Of a stretch of 64,000 nt of DNA, positions 42,811 to 57,679 are shown piece by piece (within the stretch, counting starts at the first letter, position 1; each line of letters starts with the position of its first letter). A program made the position numbers and the translations under genes. A model generated the notes under the pieces. The model did no database searches. It was not told where the DNA came from and was given only the letters and a program-made list of their open reading frames with translations. The DNA is from the human T2T-CHM13v2.0 reference genome, Homo sapiens, in the NCBI RefSeq assembly GCF_009914755.1, contig NC_060926.1; one strand, given 5' to 3'.

Positions 42811-45023
42811 ATTGTTAGTTGAATAAATGGAGGAAATGAAGGATCAATCAATGAGATCAATGAGTATTGAGTGCTTTCTATATGTAATGGAGAATACAGG
42901 AATAGAAGGCCTAATTGCTGCCTACAGGAAACTTTGCAACCAGATAGAGACACAAAGTTAACCACCATAAAGTGATTGGAAAACAATGTTCAATAGTAAT
43001 AATGACAATAATGAAAGCTGGGTTATGAGCAGTTCCATTTGTAATGCTCTTAAGGTACTTGGAAACAGAGAGATAATGCTGAATTAGGCCTTAAAAATTG
43101 ATAGGATTTAAATAACACTGCATGCTTAGTAACCCTACTCCTCCAAGTGGCACCGTGGGGATTCTGGGGCATATCCTCAGATAGTCTGGGTCTGGTTCTA
43201 ATCATTTAAAAATTTTTCAAATGTGTTAAATTAATCTGTCAGATCTACCTGTAAGAGTGGCACTGCCTTCATTAGAGGAAGAAGGAAAGACAAAGAATGA
43301 TTTTATAATATAGCTATGGTGACCATATATTTAGAGCTCCAACTCCAGTCATACAATAGCACATCATATTTGGAATTGAGACTCTGTAGAAAAATCTATG
43401 CTCAATAAATACTTTCAAATTGTCTGATTGATACAGATCCCATGGCCCTCGTCTCACTCATCACAGGTAATGAGTTATTGTGATATAAAGTGGATGCTGT
43501 TTCTTTGCCTTAATGATACTTCAGGAAAGTTAGCTTTCAGAGAGAGCTTTGCTGAAGACTTAAAGACTGATAAGGGTAACAAATTGATCTCCGGGTAGCC
43601 CCTTAACATCTTAAAGTCAAAAGATCAATAGATGGAATGAATCAAAGCTGTTTTGTTTGCCTAATCTGAATAGAGTTGAGGATGTAGACCTGCACAGACA
43701 GTGAGGGATCCTCTAGCTTCTCAGAAAGATTTTGTGATACCACTAAACTAACACTGCCATACCTATACATACACATTCCCAGGAGTTCCACTTAATATTT
43801 TTTGCAAGAATCTTGAATGGCAAGACTTTTTATTTCCTACTTTACTGGCCTCTTTCTTGTTTTCTTCCTACACTGTCCTTAAGTCAGGTTGCAGATAAAA
43901 TGTGTGTTTGTCTGTTATTCCAGGAACAGTCCTTGTTGAATTTAATGGAGAAATGGGGTCACACTAGGACTTTTGGAAGACATTGACAAGTGTCCTAAAA
44001 TGAAAGCAATGTACAGCAAAAGTCTCTTCTAAAGCTCTCTGTGTTTTGCATTATTCTTAAGGAAAATAAAAACAAAAAGAAGACAAATCTTTTGATTGAG
44101 AAACAAAAGACAGGTACAGAAAAATATACACAAAAAATGTACAGTATAGCTTTATGAGTCATTATGGCAAACACCTTTGTAACCACCAACCAAGCCAAAA
44201 AACAGAACTCTGCCAACCCAACCCCAGCGCAGAAGCTTCTCCAAATGCTCATTCAAATTATAACCTCCTCTTTCCCCAAAAGTAACCAGTATCTGGGTAC
44301 TAAAGCAATTCAATTTCTTTACAGAATTATCACCCAAATGTAATAAAACATCCTATGTGCATCCCTAGACTATTGTTTTGTCTTGTCTGTTAACATTTTT
44401 TTTTCTTTTAATTCTATTCCAAGTTATAGGTTCCTTTTCCAGTTCTCTTCTTTATACTCTATCTGTTGAGGAACCCAGACCATCTACTCCCCTACACTCT
44501 GAATGTTGCTGATTATGCACTCATGAAGCAGTTCAACCAGTTTCTCTGTCCTCTTTATGTCCCACAGATTGGCAGCTAGATCTGGGGATATGATCATACT
44601 CAACTTTGATTCCTTTGGGAAGACTAGGCGATGGTGTTTTGTTTCATATGGAGACATGTCTGCCTGTCTCTTTTTGTACCATCAGCAGCTGTTGGTGCTC
44701 AGTGCCTATGTCCATTAAATCATTGGGGGTTAAAAAGTGGTGACACTTTATATCATTTCTTTTTAATTTACTTGTTGAAATAGTTTTATATAAAGATGGT
44801 TTCCCTCATTAACTATTTAGTAATATAATGGCACTGTTCATATAAGGTAGGACAAATGCTTAATTCTTTTCCATTATTAATTTTCAAGACAATGATTTAG
44901 CTGTCTATCATCTTCTGAAGAAGACCAACTTAAAACAAACAACTATATTTATACATACATATATGTGTATAAATATATAAACTTGAACACATGTATTTAA
45001 TTATAATTGATGAGTTTTAATAA

Positions 45024-45453
<430 letters not shown>

Positions 45454-45514
45454 TGATAGGTTCCCCACTATCTAGTATGACAAGATAGTTGAGGCTCATC
45501 TTGTATATTGACTG

Positions 45515-45833
45515 CCAGTTATGAGTGTAATTATATTCTCCAAAATTCATATATTAAAATTCGAACCCCAAGTACCTCAAAATATGACTTCACTGAGAGA
45601 GAGAATCTTTACAGATGTAATCAAATTGAAGTGAGGTCATTAGAGTGGGCTCTAATCTAGTATGACTGGTATCCTTATGAATAGGGGAAATTGGGTCACA
45701 GAAATACATATAGAGGAAAGACAATGTGAAGAAACAGGGAGAAGAGAGCCTGGAGCTGTGAGACAATAAATTTCTGTTGTTTAAGACACTCAGTTTGTGG
45801 TACTTTGTTACAACAGCCCTAGCAAACTAATAC
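45515..45833 (+). mobile_element. MLT1B/C-like LTR, internally deleted
   Basis: GATGTAATCAAATTGAAGTGAGGTCATTAGAGTGGG...CAGCCCTAGCAAACTAATACA. Confidence 0.85.
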
Positions 45834-46173
45834 ATTTCCCAAGATTTGAAATTAGCCATTTCTCCAAGAAGCCCTGGTTTCTTTAAATGAGAATGCTATT
45901 CAAAAATCACAATCTGGCTTTCATGGGTGCTGATCACTACAGGATTGAACACTGTTTTTAGGCCTCTTCTGTGGACAGAGATATCAAGGTTGAAAAAGAA
46001 AATATCCTTAAACAAAACTGTTTTTAAAACAACACATACAGAAAAGCACACATTTTAAATAAAAAATACCTCTGAGTTAATAGTAACATTTCCAATTCAG
46101 ATTCAGGACCACAGTTTTTTTGTTTGTTTGTTTTTTAATCCTCCTGTATTCACACAAGAAAGCCTGGTTCTCA

Positions 46174-46487
<314 letters not shown>

Positions 46488-48195
46488 CCTAGTTCTCAAG
46501 GGCAGAGAATATCTGATAATTGCTGTTTACTTTATCCTGTATTACACATATCACAGGCTCAGAAAAATATATATTTACTGAGAACAGCTAAAATCGTTTC
46601 CATATATTCTTTCCCCCTTCTCCCCTCAGTTTTAATAGATGTACTGTATTGACGTTGTCAGATAGCCATTACGTACTATGCTTTCCCTATTACCACTTGT
46701 TTAGTCTTAGTCCTACAAGTAACTATTTGCTAATGCTCATGAGCATTCCTTATGTCAATGTCTCTAATCATTTTGGTGTCTAAAGTTCATTTTCTAGCAG
46801 ATTCCTCAGGGAAAGAAAGTGAAAGCAATATTCCCTGAGTTTTTGCATGTTGATAAATGTTTGTCTTTTATATTTGAAGGTCAGCTTTGATGGATATAAA
46901 ATCCTTGGCTCACGTTTTCTTTGAGTGTCTCAAATATGGTACTCCCTTTTTATCTGGCATGAAGTATTATTTACAAATTTGCTAATCTGTGTTTGCCTCA
47001 TAAAATCACATGGGTTTGAGGGTTTTTCTGTTTTTGTTTTTGCCTAAATGTCTAAAGATTTTTTTCCCATTTTTTTTAAGTCCATGAATTTTACTAAATT
47101 ATGTCTTGGTGTTGGTTATTCTGAATGACTATTCTCAGACTATGGTGTGCTCTTTCAACATGTAACTTAAAATATTTTTTCTTGTTATATCAGGAAAGTT
47201 CTTGAATTACGGTTTTGAGTATCTGTTCAGTTCTCTCAGTTTGATTTCTCATATGGGAGACTTCCTATTATCTATATGTTGGATCTTCTTTGTCTTCAAT
47301 TTTTTTCACATTCTATTGAATTGTTTCTCTTTTAACTTTTTTTATTTTTAAAATCCTTATTCCTTTCACTCTCTTTTCTCTTATGGCATTATCTGTAGTT
47401 TATTCTCTTGTATTTTTTCTAGTTAAGACTTTATTTCTTAAGTGATTTTTGTTTCTAATTCTCTGGGTTCTATCATCTCATTTCTGAGTTTTAAAAATCT
47501 GATTAATAGATTTTCCCATGTCTTACATTACTTTCTTAATGCTTTTTAGCTTATTTTGAAACTGAAAGTTACACTCTTGATGTGTTCTGTGGACACATGT
47601 CTCCAGTGTGCTTTTGTTGACTGAACTCATGTCATTCTGCTTTTTATTTTTGCATAGTAACTGATTTGTTGCTCATTTTATGTGAAAAAGGTTTTTCTGA
47701 ACTTTTAGGAGACATGGTTGAAGGCAGTTTTACTAACTTCGGAAAGTTCCTTGTTTTGTCTTCATAAAGTAATTTTTAAAAGTAACTATTTGCCTCCTGA
47801 GATTTTCTAGCTGTGGGTCTTCTTACCTTTGTCTCTGTTGTCTTTATCCTGATCCACTTTGATTCCAGTTTCAGAAGTCTGGGTCATGCTCCATTTTGGA
47901 AGGAAGCCCTGTTTGGTCAGTTTTATAAGTTCATTGTGGCCCAACTGTTCTAGCTCATTCCACCCTTAATATGGGCCTCTTGTATTCATCTGCTTTTGGA
48001 GTGGGAGAAAATGCCTCCAAATTTCAGCTACTATTCTCAAATAGGTCTGTTGCACTTTGCACTCACAAAATATCTGTTGGCTATTTTTCCTATTCTGTTC
48101 TTGGGTTTGTCAGGGGCTCTATTGCTTTCCTCTGCTTTCTCCCACACAAATGGCAGATCTTGCAGATATTAATGATTTGTTCTAATCTGCTTGTA

Positions 48196-48499
48196 TAGTA
48201 GTCCCTTTTTATCCACAGAGGATATGTTCCAAAACCCGCAGTGGGTGGCTGAAGCTGCAAATAGTTCCAAACCTTATATATACTATGTTTTTATGTTCCC
48301 ATACATACATACCTATGATAAAGTTTAATTTGTAAATTAGGCACAGTAAGAGATTAACAACAATAAAATAGAGCCATTATAAAAATATACTATAATAAAA
48401 GTTATGTGAATGTGGTCTCTCTCTCTCTTAAAATATCTTATTGTACTGTGCCATGGGAAATCACAGAAAGCAAAACTGTGGGTAAGCGGGGGACTGCTG
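48196..48499. mobile_element. MER44 (Tigger7-family) DNA transposon
   Basis: TIRs AGTAGTCCC...GGGGACTGCTG; GTTATGTGAATGTGGTCTCTCTCTCT. Confidence 0.85.
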
Positions 48500-50453
48500 G
48501 TATTTGGGGTTTTCCAGGGATGCTTTATCACCTGATTTTATTGTAAATGTTTTTGGTTTTGCTATCTAGTGGATCTGTTTGTTGTTATGTTAGGATTTTG
48601 AGAGATTAAAAAACTGTCATTGCTGTTGTAGTCCCAGAATCTTCTCAATCCTAATACATTTTTTGGATATATATTTAAAGAACAACAGAATTCTCCCACA
48701 CACCGCCCAAAACAACATGACCTCCCGACACAGCAGGTTGCATCACAGATCTTGGAGCTGGAAAAAGCCTCAAGAGATCATCCGGTTCAGCTCCCTGTGG
48801 TTAGGCAGGAAAAGCACCATCCTAAATTCAGAATAGGTAACAGAAGCACTCAGAAATTAAATAAGAAGTAGAACCTAATATTGTTTAATGGTTTTAAATT
48901 TTGGTGTTTTTTTATAGTGTTCATACAATTGAAAATCTAAATGTATAAATATATTCCACAGAATGTTACTCAAATTAAAATAAACACACAATTCCACAGT
49001 ATAAACATCAAGTTTATGGTACATTTGGGTATGGATGAGTGTTAAAATTTCTGTATTTATTATAGCCATGTATTGGAAATATTAATTTAAAATATATACT
49101 TTTCAAAATAAATCTGAAAATCAGCTAAATGCAACATCCAGTTCAACCAGTTTGTGAACAGCTTTGTGAGTGAGCCAGAATATTTTAAGGCAAATTCTTG
49201 TGAATTATCTAGGGAATGAAATCTGATGATGGTAAAATACTGAACTCACAAATGATAGCTTTTTTTTTAAAGATGGTCCTCCATAATAATGAAAATAAAT
49301 AACTGTAATACAAGATGAAAATAACCTAAAAGTAAACAGAACATGTCATTAATAGAGTCCTTCATTATCTAGCGTAGCCTGTAATGGAGGAAACAGCAAG
49401 TGTAATTCTCTTATCTTACCATAGGCAGTAAGCACACACTGTAAAATCCATCTCTTCATTTTCTGGTTGAAAAGATCATTGTAGAAAAGGCCTGCCAGGG
49501 AGTAGAGGTCATGCTGATTTATTGGCAATTAAACCTGCAGGATTTCTGCACTCCCTTCAAAACAAAGTATCTGAGTCTATTCAGCCAGGATGATTACATA
49601 GTGGGCTATCTACTAAAACCCAGGAGTCTTTCCCTTAGTGCACAACAGATACAATTGACTTGGCTGTATTTAGAAAATTACTGCTATTTTCTGTGCAGAC
49701 TCTTGTTGTATCTTCCTAAAATCGCCTCAGCCCAAAGAATTACCTTGTTAGTCAATTTAATAAAGCAGAATCTTACCAAGTGATATATGATTCAGCTTGG
49801 AGGCATAAGAACTTCGGTAAAAATACTAACAGGGACTCACTTGAAGCAAATGAATGTATTGCTGAATCTATGTAATCTGTCTGTGGTGACTCAGACCTAG
49901 CTTTCTGAATGTTGACTAGTTTGAGATGATGTTTTAGAGTTTGATACTCAAAATTAATTACCTTTTATCCATTTCATGTCTAGACACAAACCAAGTTACT
50001 TAGGTTAGCTGTTTAAACCACAGACACTACTTACATATGGACATTTTACGCAGACGCATTTTACGTATAGATATTTACATATAGACAAGCAGGCTCAGGT
50101 GCTAGGAATGATGGAATCTCAGCAATACAGGTAAGGTAGGAAAGAGGAAGAAGGTAGAAATAGGATGGGTGAGAATGGAAAAAGTGACCAAATCAGCATT
50201 TCTGCCTCTGCCCAACCCCATCTACCAGAATGAATATGTTTATACCTGAGTTAGTTCTCCTTAGAAAGAAGAAGATTGCTACTGTACATTGTACCATACA
50301 GGACCACCTGCGTCAGGCGCTAGCCTGCCACCACCATTCCTAGCTTCCTCTTCCTTCCTGCCAGCCTGTGTGGCTATGGTCTCATTTATTCATCCATCCA
50401 TTTATTCAGTAAATATTTTTTGAGATTTTAATATGTGTCAATTACTGTTCTAG

Positions 50454-50819
<366 letters not shown>

Positions 50820-50869
50820 TTTTACTTATAAAATATTAAATAAAAATGATACATTTATTTTAGAAAATA

Positions 50870-51600
50870 AAAATGAATATAAGGATGATATTTTAATCCA
50901 CATATAATCCCAACAAATACTGTTAAACATTTCACTGTATATCTTTCTGATCTTTTTACCTCTTCTGATGTTTTTAAGTTGAAATATCCAGGCATACAAA
51001 ATATTAAAGATCAATAAAACAAACACTCATGTGTCCATTACACAGTTTAAAAATAAAATATTACACTTTTGAAGATCCCCTTCCCAGTTGTATTCAACTG
51101 CCTCACTGTCAGGAGCTACCACTATGGTAAAATGTTTTTTTCTATTTTTGACCATATATGTTATGTAGCATATTTTTATTATATACTTGTGATATATAGG
51201 ACTGTTTTGCATATTTTTAAAACTTTATGTAAATATTATTCTGAATATATTCTCCTGTAATTTGCTTTTTATCTCTCATCATTTTTGAGATTTATTAACA
51301 TCAATGTATATAGCTCTACTTTATTGATTTTAACTGTTGCATCACAGATATTCCAGGGATGAATACACCATGATTCATTTATTCTTTCTCCTATGGATTG
51401 GCATGTAAGTTGTTGCCAATATCTTTCTGTTAAAAACATGGCAATGACTGTTCTATTCCTGTCTCCCTGAGCACATGAGGGAGACTGTCTCTAGGGTATA
51501 TAGCTAGGAATAAAATTGTTGAGAAAAAGGGTGCAAATTACACGGATATTACCAAATGGCCCTTTGAAGTGGTTGCATTAACTTACACTACTACAAGTAA
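50870..51600 (-). mobile_element. L1ME fragments
   Basis: CTCTAGGGTATATAGCTAGGAATAAAATTG and other antisense L1 3' motifs. Confidence 0.7.
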
Positions 51601-52654
51601 TATTCACATAATGTACTCTTTATGTATAAATAAATATATACATGCCCACATTCACACATATGTCATATGTATATGATGTGAATAAGGTATATGTATCAGA
51701 GCTCAGAAGATCCAAGGCCAGATGGTCCTATCAGCATTTCTTTTCTTTTCTTCTTTGTCCTGTTTCATGTCCTCTCACCTTCCTGTCCTTCAAGATCCAC
51801 CTCCAGTCCCTCAGGAGGCCTTGTTTGTCACCAGGTTCCATACATCTCTCCTTTCCCTGACTTCCCGAGGCTGCCGCTCACATGCACTCACCATCCAGGG
51901 GGTGTATTTAGTGTTTTAGGACTTATGCTCCAGCTCTACATCATAAAATCAGCTCTTCAAAGGCAGGAACCATCCTGAGGATCTACTGGCCTCTCCCAGA
52001 ATCCAGTGCCACATTCATGATGAACCCACCATGTTCTTGATGGGGTTAGTGAATTGTTGATGGAGTGAAGGCAGTTTCATTTTCCTCCCATAGAGAGGTC
52101 AGGCCATATTCTTGGAGCAACTTCTTAGGAACAGCTGTCCTCTCCTATATTGGTAATACTTGGAACCACCTAAGATGTTCATCTTCATACCCTTTGTCCC
52201 AACAATTTCATTGCTGTTATATACCCTAGAGAAAACCCCTCAGGTGTGTTCCTGCCTTTCTCTCACACTCTCCTCTTGGTGAATTCCCAAGGCAGCAACA
52301 TGTACTTAGGCTAATCTTCCTGAAGCTACTACAAGTGATAAGACTGTTCTTTCAAAACCACAGGCACAAATACAGACTCAGAGTTCACCTTTGTTCAACT
52401 TAGAAGAACTCTATTACTGACAGCCTTCAGTCTGTTCAGTTACCCAAGTATATTCTATTCTTAGTTCTGGGTCCCTGAGAAGTCTGGATTCTCCTGTTTC
52501 TATTTCTAGCTATCTTCTAGTCTTCTGCAATATCCTGAGCAATATACCCTTTCTGGCATGTCTAATCCCAAACCTTGTTGCGTTTCCCTCAATAGGATAT
52601 CAAATATTCAGACGTATTTTCTTATCAGATTTTTCTTTCTTTTGTTTTGACAGC

Positions 52655-52880
52655 AACATGGTGTAGTGAAAAGAAAGCAGGCTTTGGAATGGATAGAACT
52701 ATACTTGAATCTCTGCTCTATCACCTTATCATGTTATGTCAAGCAAGTTACGGAACCTCCATCATTTGTCAGGTAGGGAAATCTGTCTTATGGTTGCTGA
52801 GAGAATTAAATGAGATAACATAGGTTAAGTGTGTTTATCATAGTGTCCTGCATATAGTAGATGCTTGATAATGATTCACG
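52655..52880 (+). mobile_element. MIR
   Basis: ATGGTGTAGTGAAAAGA...GAGAATTAAATGAGATAACATA. Confidence 0.75.
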
Positions 52881-54829
52881 TCATTCATTTCATTTTCCTC
52901 CCTCCCTCTGAATTATCAACAGGTATTTCTTCTTGAATAGAGATGGAATAGGAAGTCATCTTCCTACTTGAATAGAGATGGAGTAGGAAGTCATCTAAGT
53001 GACTGGAAAGGACTCCATTACAGCCCACCCAAAATAATCTCTACTCCTATTTGCATCACAGAAATTCTACCAGTACCAATTACCAGTTAATTATTTTGTA
53101 CTCATAATTGACGAGTATTTAAGTACCTTCATTACCTTAGGCAAGTTTATTAGGCACTTTGTCCCAGGACAGAGAAAACCAATGTGAACCTGTTGCCAAG
53201 AAATTTAGTGGGGCACTAAAAGGGACACTCATCTGACCAGTTGGGCTGAGAGACCTATTTAGTATTTGGTATCTCCTAAATATAAATGTTTCTGTTGGAT
53301 AATTATATATCTATGCTTATACTGGCACACATATAGAAACCAATGGTGTCATTACACCAGAGATATCTGCCTCTCTGTGAATGTGTTTTTTATCACGGCT
53401 TTCTATAAATATTTTTAGACTATTTCAAAATAACATATTACGTAAAATATTTAATTACATTTTTATAATAAAAACCTCTATTATCAGTAAGATTGTATCA
53501 ATAAGATCCAGTATTAATTTCCTTCCTCTGTATATCCACAGCAAGGTAAATGCTTTGAATGGTAAAGCAGCTAGAAAAAGAGTTAGTTCTTTCTGAACTA
53601 CTTAACCGAGAAAGCTATTGGAAGGCCCCAGACACACTTAATTATCAAAGTAGAGCTATCCTAGATCACCGCAGGACTTGGGGAACTTGAGACTAAGAAA
53701 AAAGAAATCACTCATTAGGAAGTGTGAGAAATGTCTTAGGGTTGATTTTGTTTAAATGCCAATGTGAACTGATCATTAGCATTTGCGAGAGCTGTGCAAA
53801 TAACACCACCTAAGGGTCTAAACCAATGCGGAATTGTTACAGAGCAATTAATTCACTTCCAAGCCTTTTGTATTACCTCCACCTTATTTCCCTAGTGTAG
53901 ATAGACAATTTGTTTTTTTAAAAAAAAAAAAATCAACCAAAAACTGTGATATTCTGCCAACAAGATTACAGGGGTGAAAGAACAACCCCCTAGTCAAATG
54001 CAAATTGTAGTCATATTAGCATGTTAATGAGCTAAGTGATAAACTGTGGGTCAAATTTCCCCTTCTCAGCTTAAATAGCACTCCAGAAGGGCTTATTTTA
54101 AAATGTTTGGGAAACCTAGGGACGGCAGCAATTAAGGATTATTATGTGAACATGATTTGTTCAGCAATATGAAAAATTAATAGATGGGACTTAACTAAAA
54201 TGAGACATAATTCTTCCTAATGATTTACAAGTTATCAAGAAACATACCTTAAAGAAGATATATTTAACTGTTCTAAATTTGGAGTGAAGTCTTTTCAAAA
54301 TTTCTTATATTGAGGTTTTTAAAATTTAAATCTGTTTTATCTAGTCGAAGGAAATTTAAGGAAGAGCCAAAAAGGAAAATAGAAGACAATGACATGTTTA
54401 GGGATATCAATTTCTCTTTCTTGACCACTTATCAAAGAAGTCTTTCTTGATTAAATCTACTCCCATTACCCGATCTCACCCTTACAAAGCAGGTTTGTGC
54501 TTTCATAGAATTTTTCATATTCACTAGCTTTTACATGCTCATGTTCATTTTATAAGCAGGTTTCATTGTATTTTACAGTGCCTAACTCAGCTTCTCGCCT
54601 GCTGGTCAGGCTCTGGAAAGCTGAGTGAAAACAGAAGGCAGCCAGAAGGTGCTGTGGGGACAACTTGCAATAGTGTCACATGGCCCTCCTCCCTCTTTCT
54701 ATGTGCCCATGTCCACCTCTATCCTTGTTGCCACTTCCAGAAGCTTTGTAACCATGGGCAAGTTACTGAATCTCCCTGGACTTCAACTTTGACATTTGTA
54801 AAGTAGAGATGATAAAGCTTTAGGTCCAA

Positions 54830-55610
54830 GGCAGTGGTCTCAGCCTTGGCTGCGTAATGGAATCATCTGAAGAACTTTAAAAAATACTGATGACTATGTT
54901 GGATACAGTGAATTCTGATTTCTCTTCAAAGAATCAGTATGTCAGTATGTTCAGTTCTTTATCCTCCATTTTAAAGTTTAACTTCCTCGTAGTTTCAGTA
55001 AACAAGCTTTTCCACCAGTTTTAATCAGTATTTCACATCTGTTCCCCTGGTCACCTGCTCTGTCCTGACTCATCCCAGTCACCTGCTTTGACCTGAGTCA
55101 CCCCTGGTCACCAGCTCTGACCTAAGTCACCTTTAGTTACCTGTTCCTAACCGTCCTTCCTGCAAAACTACCCACCCTGCCACTCTGGCTGATACCCCTG
55201 CTCTCTTTAAAATAGCCAATCAGAATTAGCTTAGACTGTGTGGTCCAACCCTCGCCAAGAGGGGAAGGACACAGCAGTAGGGGGCTACCTGCATCAGGAA
55301 TAAGAACCCCTTCCCCTCCCTTGTTCAGGTATGCTCTTGCCATTACTCCATTCGTGACTCGCACCCTTCTATAGAAGTAAAAATTGCATTGCTGAGAAAA
55401 TTAAATTTATGTTTGAGTGCTATTTCTTTGCGGCTCCAAGGAACAAGCATTTTGTTTCTAACAATCGAGGAACAGGCATTTTGTTTCTAACAACTGGGTG
55501 CATCCCAGAGCTTCTAAATTCATCAGCGTGGTTGTTGCCAGGGAATGGGAAGCTTTAAAGCTCCCCAGGAGATTGTAATGTCCAGCTGAGGTTGAGAACC
55601 GATATTCTAA
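54830..55610. mobile_element. MER5-like element split by the LTR10 insertion
   Basis: CAGTGGTCTCAGCCTTGGCTGC...AAAAATACTGATG // CTCCCCAGGAGATTGTAATG...GTTGAGAACC. Confidence 0.7.
54897..55492 (+). mobile_element. LTR10-family (HERV-I) solo LTR with duplicated 3' terminus
   Basis: TGTTGGATAC...TTTCTCTTCAAAGAATCAGTATGTCAGTATGTTCA start, GTCACCTGCT repeats with AP-1 sites, CCAAT box, ATTAAA, ends TTTCTAACA. Confidence 0.88.
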
Positions 55611-55784
55611 GGAGTGTTATGATAATTAAATGAAACAGAGGGGAAAAAAGCAGCCTATAAGTAGTAGGAGGTAAAAAATAATTTGTTTCTTTCTTTCTCC
55701 AGTTAGTTTTACTATTTATGTTGATAGCTGTATTTGATCCTAGCTAGAAGCTGAGGGACAGAGAAAGAATTTTGTTCAAAGATT

Positions 55785-57270
55785 TTTTTTTAACTTTCTA
55801 TTTTGAAATAATTTTAAACTTATAAAAAAGTTGCAAGAACAGTGTAAAGAATTCCCATATACCCTTCACCCAGGTTTATCAATTGTTAACAATCTACTAC
55901 ATTTGCTGTATCACTCCTCCATTCTCTGTATGCACTTTTTTTTTTCTGAACTAGTTGAGAGATAGTTATAGAAAATATGTCCCTTTACCCCTAAATAGCA
56001 TATATTTACTAAAAACAAAGAAATATAACCACAGAGACAATTATTTGGAAAATTTAATATTGATACAATGTTAATATCTAATCTATTGTCCATATGTAAT
56101 TATTTCTAGTTTTCCTAATAATGTCTTACGGCATCCTCCCATTACCCTTCTCTATCCTCACCCCCTTCAGGATTCAATCCAGGTTCATACATAGTAGTTG
56201 GTTGTCATGCCTCTTTAGTTTCTTTTAATATGGAATAATTCTCCTTTTCACAACACTGACTTTTTTTTTTTTTAATTACAGGCTAATTGTTTTGTATCCC
56301 ATGCCATCTTTTTTGGTAAGCATATAATTAAATGCTTTTTATTAAACTTACAGGTGTGCAATCATCACTAAAACCCAGCCTTGAACATGTTTATCCCCCT
56401 CAAATGTTCCATTTTCCCCCATTCCCACCCCCAGCCCTAAGCCACCACTGATTTGCTTTCCATCTCTGTAGTTTTGCCTTTTTCAGAATGTCATATAAAT
56501 GGAATCATACAATATATGGTCTTTATGTCTGGCTTCTTTTACTTAGCCTAGTGTGTTCGAGGTTCACCTACTTGTAGCATATCTCTGCAGGTTGTTCCTT
56601 TTTTATTGCCGAATAATATTCTAGTATATGGATATGCCACACTTGTGGGCAGCTTCTAAGATAGTCCCCAATGATTCCTACTTCCTAGTATTCATGCCCT
56701 TGTGTAATTCCCTCCCATTGAGTATGGGCTGGACCTAGTGCCTTACTCGTAATGAACAGGATGTGGCAGAAGTGATGGAATGTCACTTCTGAGACCTGGT
56801 TATACAAAGACTATGACTTGCATCTTGGGAGCTCTCATTCTCTCTCACTTTCTCAAGCCCCTTGGACTGTGTAGCCATGTTGTGAGCAGCCCTATAGAGA
56901 GGTCCACATAGCAAGCAACTAATTTTTCTGGGCAACCACCAGTGAAAGCTGGAGGCCTGCTAGCACCACGTGAGTTAGCATGGAAGCAGATACCCCTTCT
57001 CCATAGTACAGTCTTCAGATGAGACTATAGCTCTGGCCAACACATTGACTTCAACCTCAGGAGAGACTGAGTCAGAGTTACCCAGCTAAGTAAGGTAGAT
57101 TTCCTGTTGTTTTTAGGCATTACATTTTGGGGTGATTTGTTCACAGCAATAGACAATTAATATACCACATTTAAAAAAATCTATTCTCTGCAAGATGGAC
57201 ATTTGGATTGTTTCTGGGTTTTGACTCTCATGAATAACTTTGCTATGAACATTTACACACATGTCTCAAA
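55785..57270 (-). mobile_element. L1MC/L1MB 3' fragments
   Basis: TTTTGAAATAATTTTAAACTTATAAAAAAGTTGCAA; GAATGTCATATAAATGGAATCATACAATAT. Confidence 0.8.
56644..57164 (+). mobile_element. MLT1F-like LTR nested in L1
   Basis: TGTGGGCAGCTTCTAAGAT...CAGCAATAGACAATTAATA. Confidence 0.8.
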
Positions 57271-57679
57271 GGATTTTTTTTTTTTAAATGGCACCAAGCT
57301 CACCTGGCTTGTACTACCCCTACTGTTCCAAATACAATTTTGTTCTTTTTCAACTTGTTTCCTTGTTTAAAGCACTCTCTTATTCTGTCAAGTAAAATTG
57401 TGCAATCTACCACCTATGCACTTCGGTAATATCTGAAATCAAGAACACATGCTGGAGAGTAAATTGACCAAATTTTAAAAGCCATTCAAGTCCAATCTAT
57501 ACAGAGCCCCTACTACTTCTTGATAGGGTATTAATGTTTCAGGATATTAAAATATTATTTGGGAATAGTGGTGACAAAACATACATCTCTTAGAAAAAAA
57601 ACATGTTTAATCTATTACACTTGCACAGTAGTCCTTCATTCCTTTAACTCTTAACAGAGGATACAGTTACCATGACATG

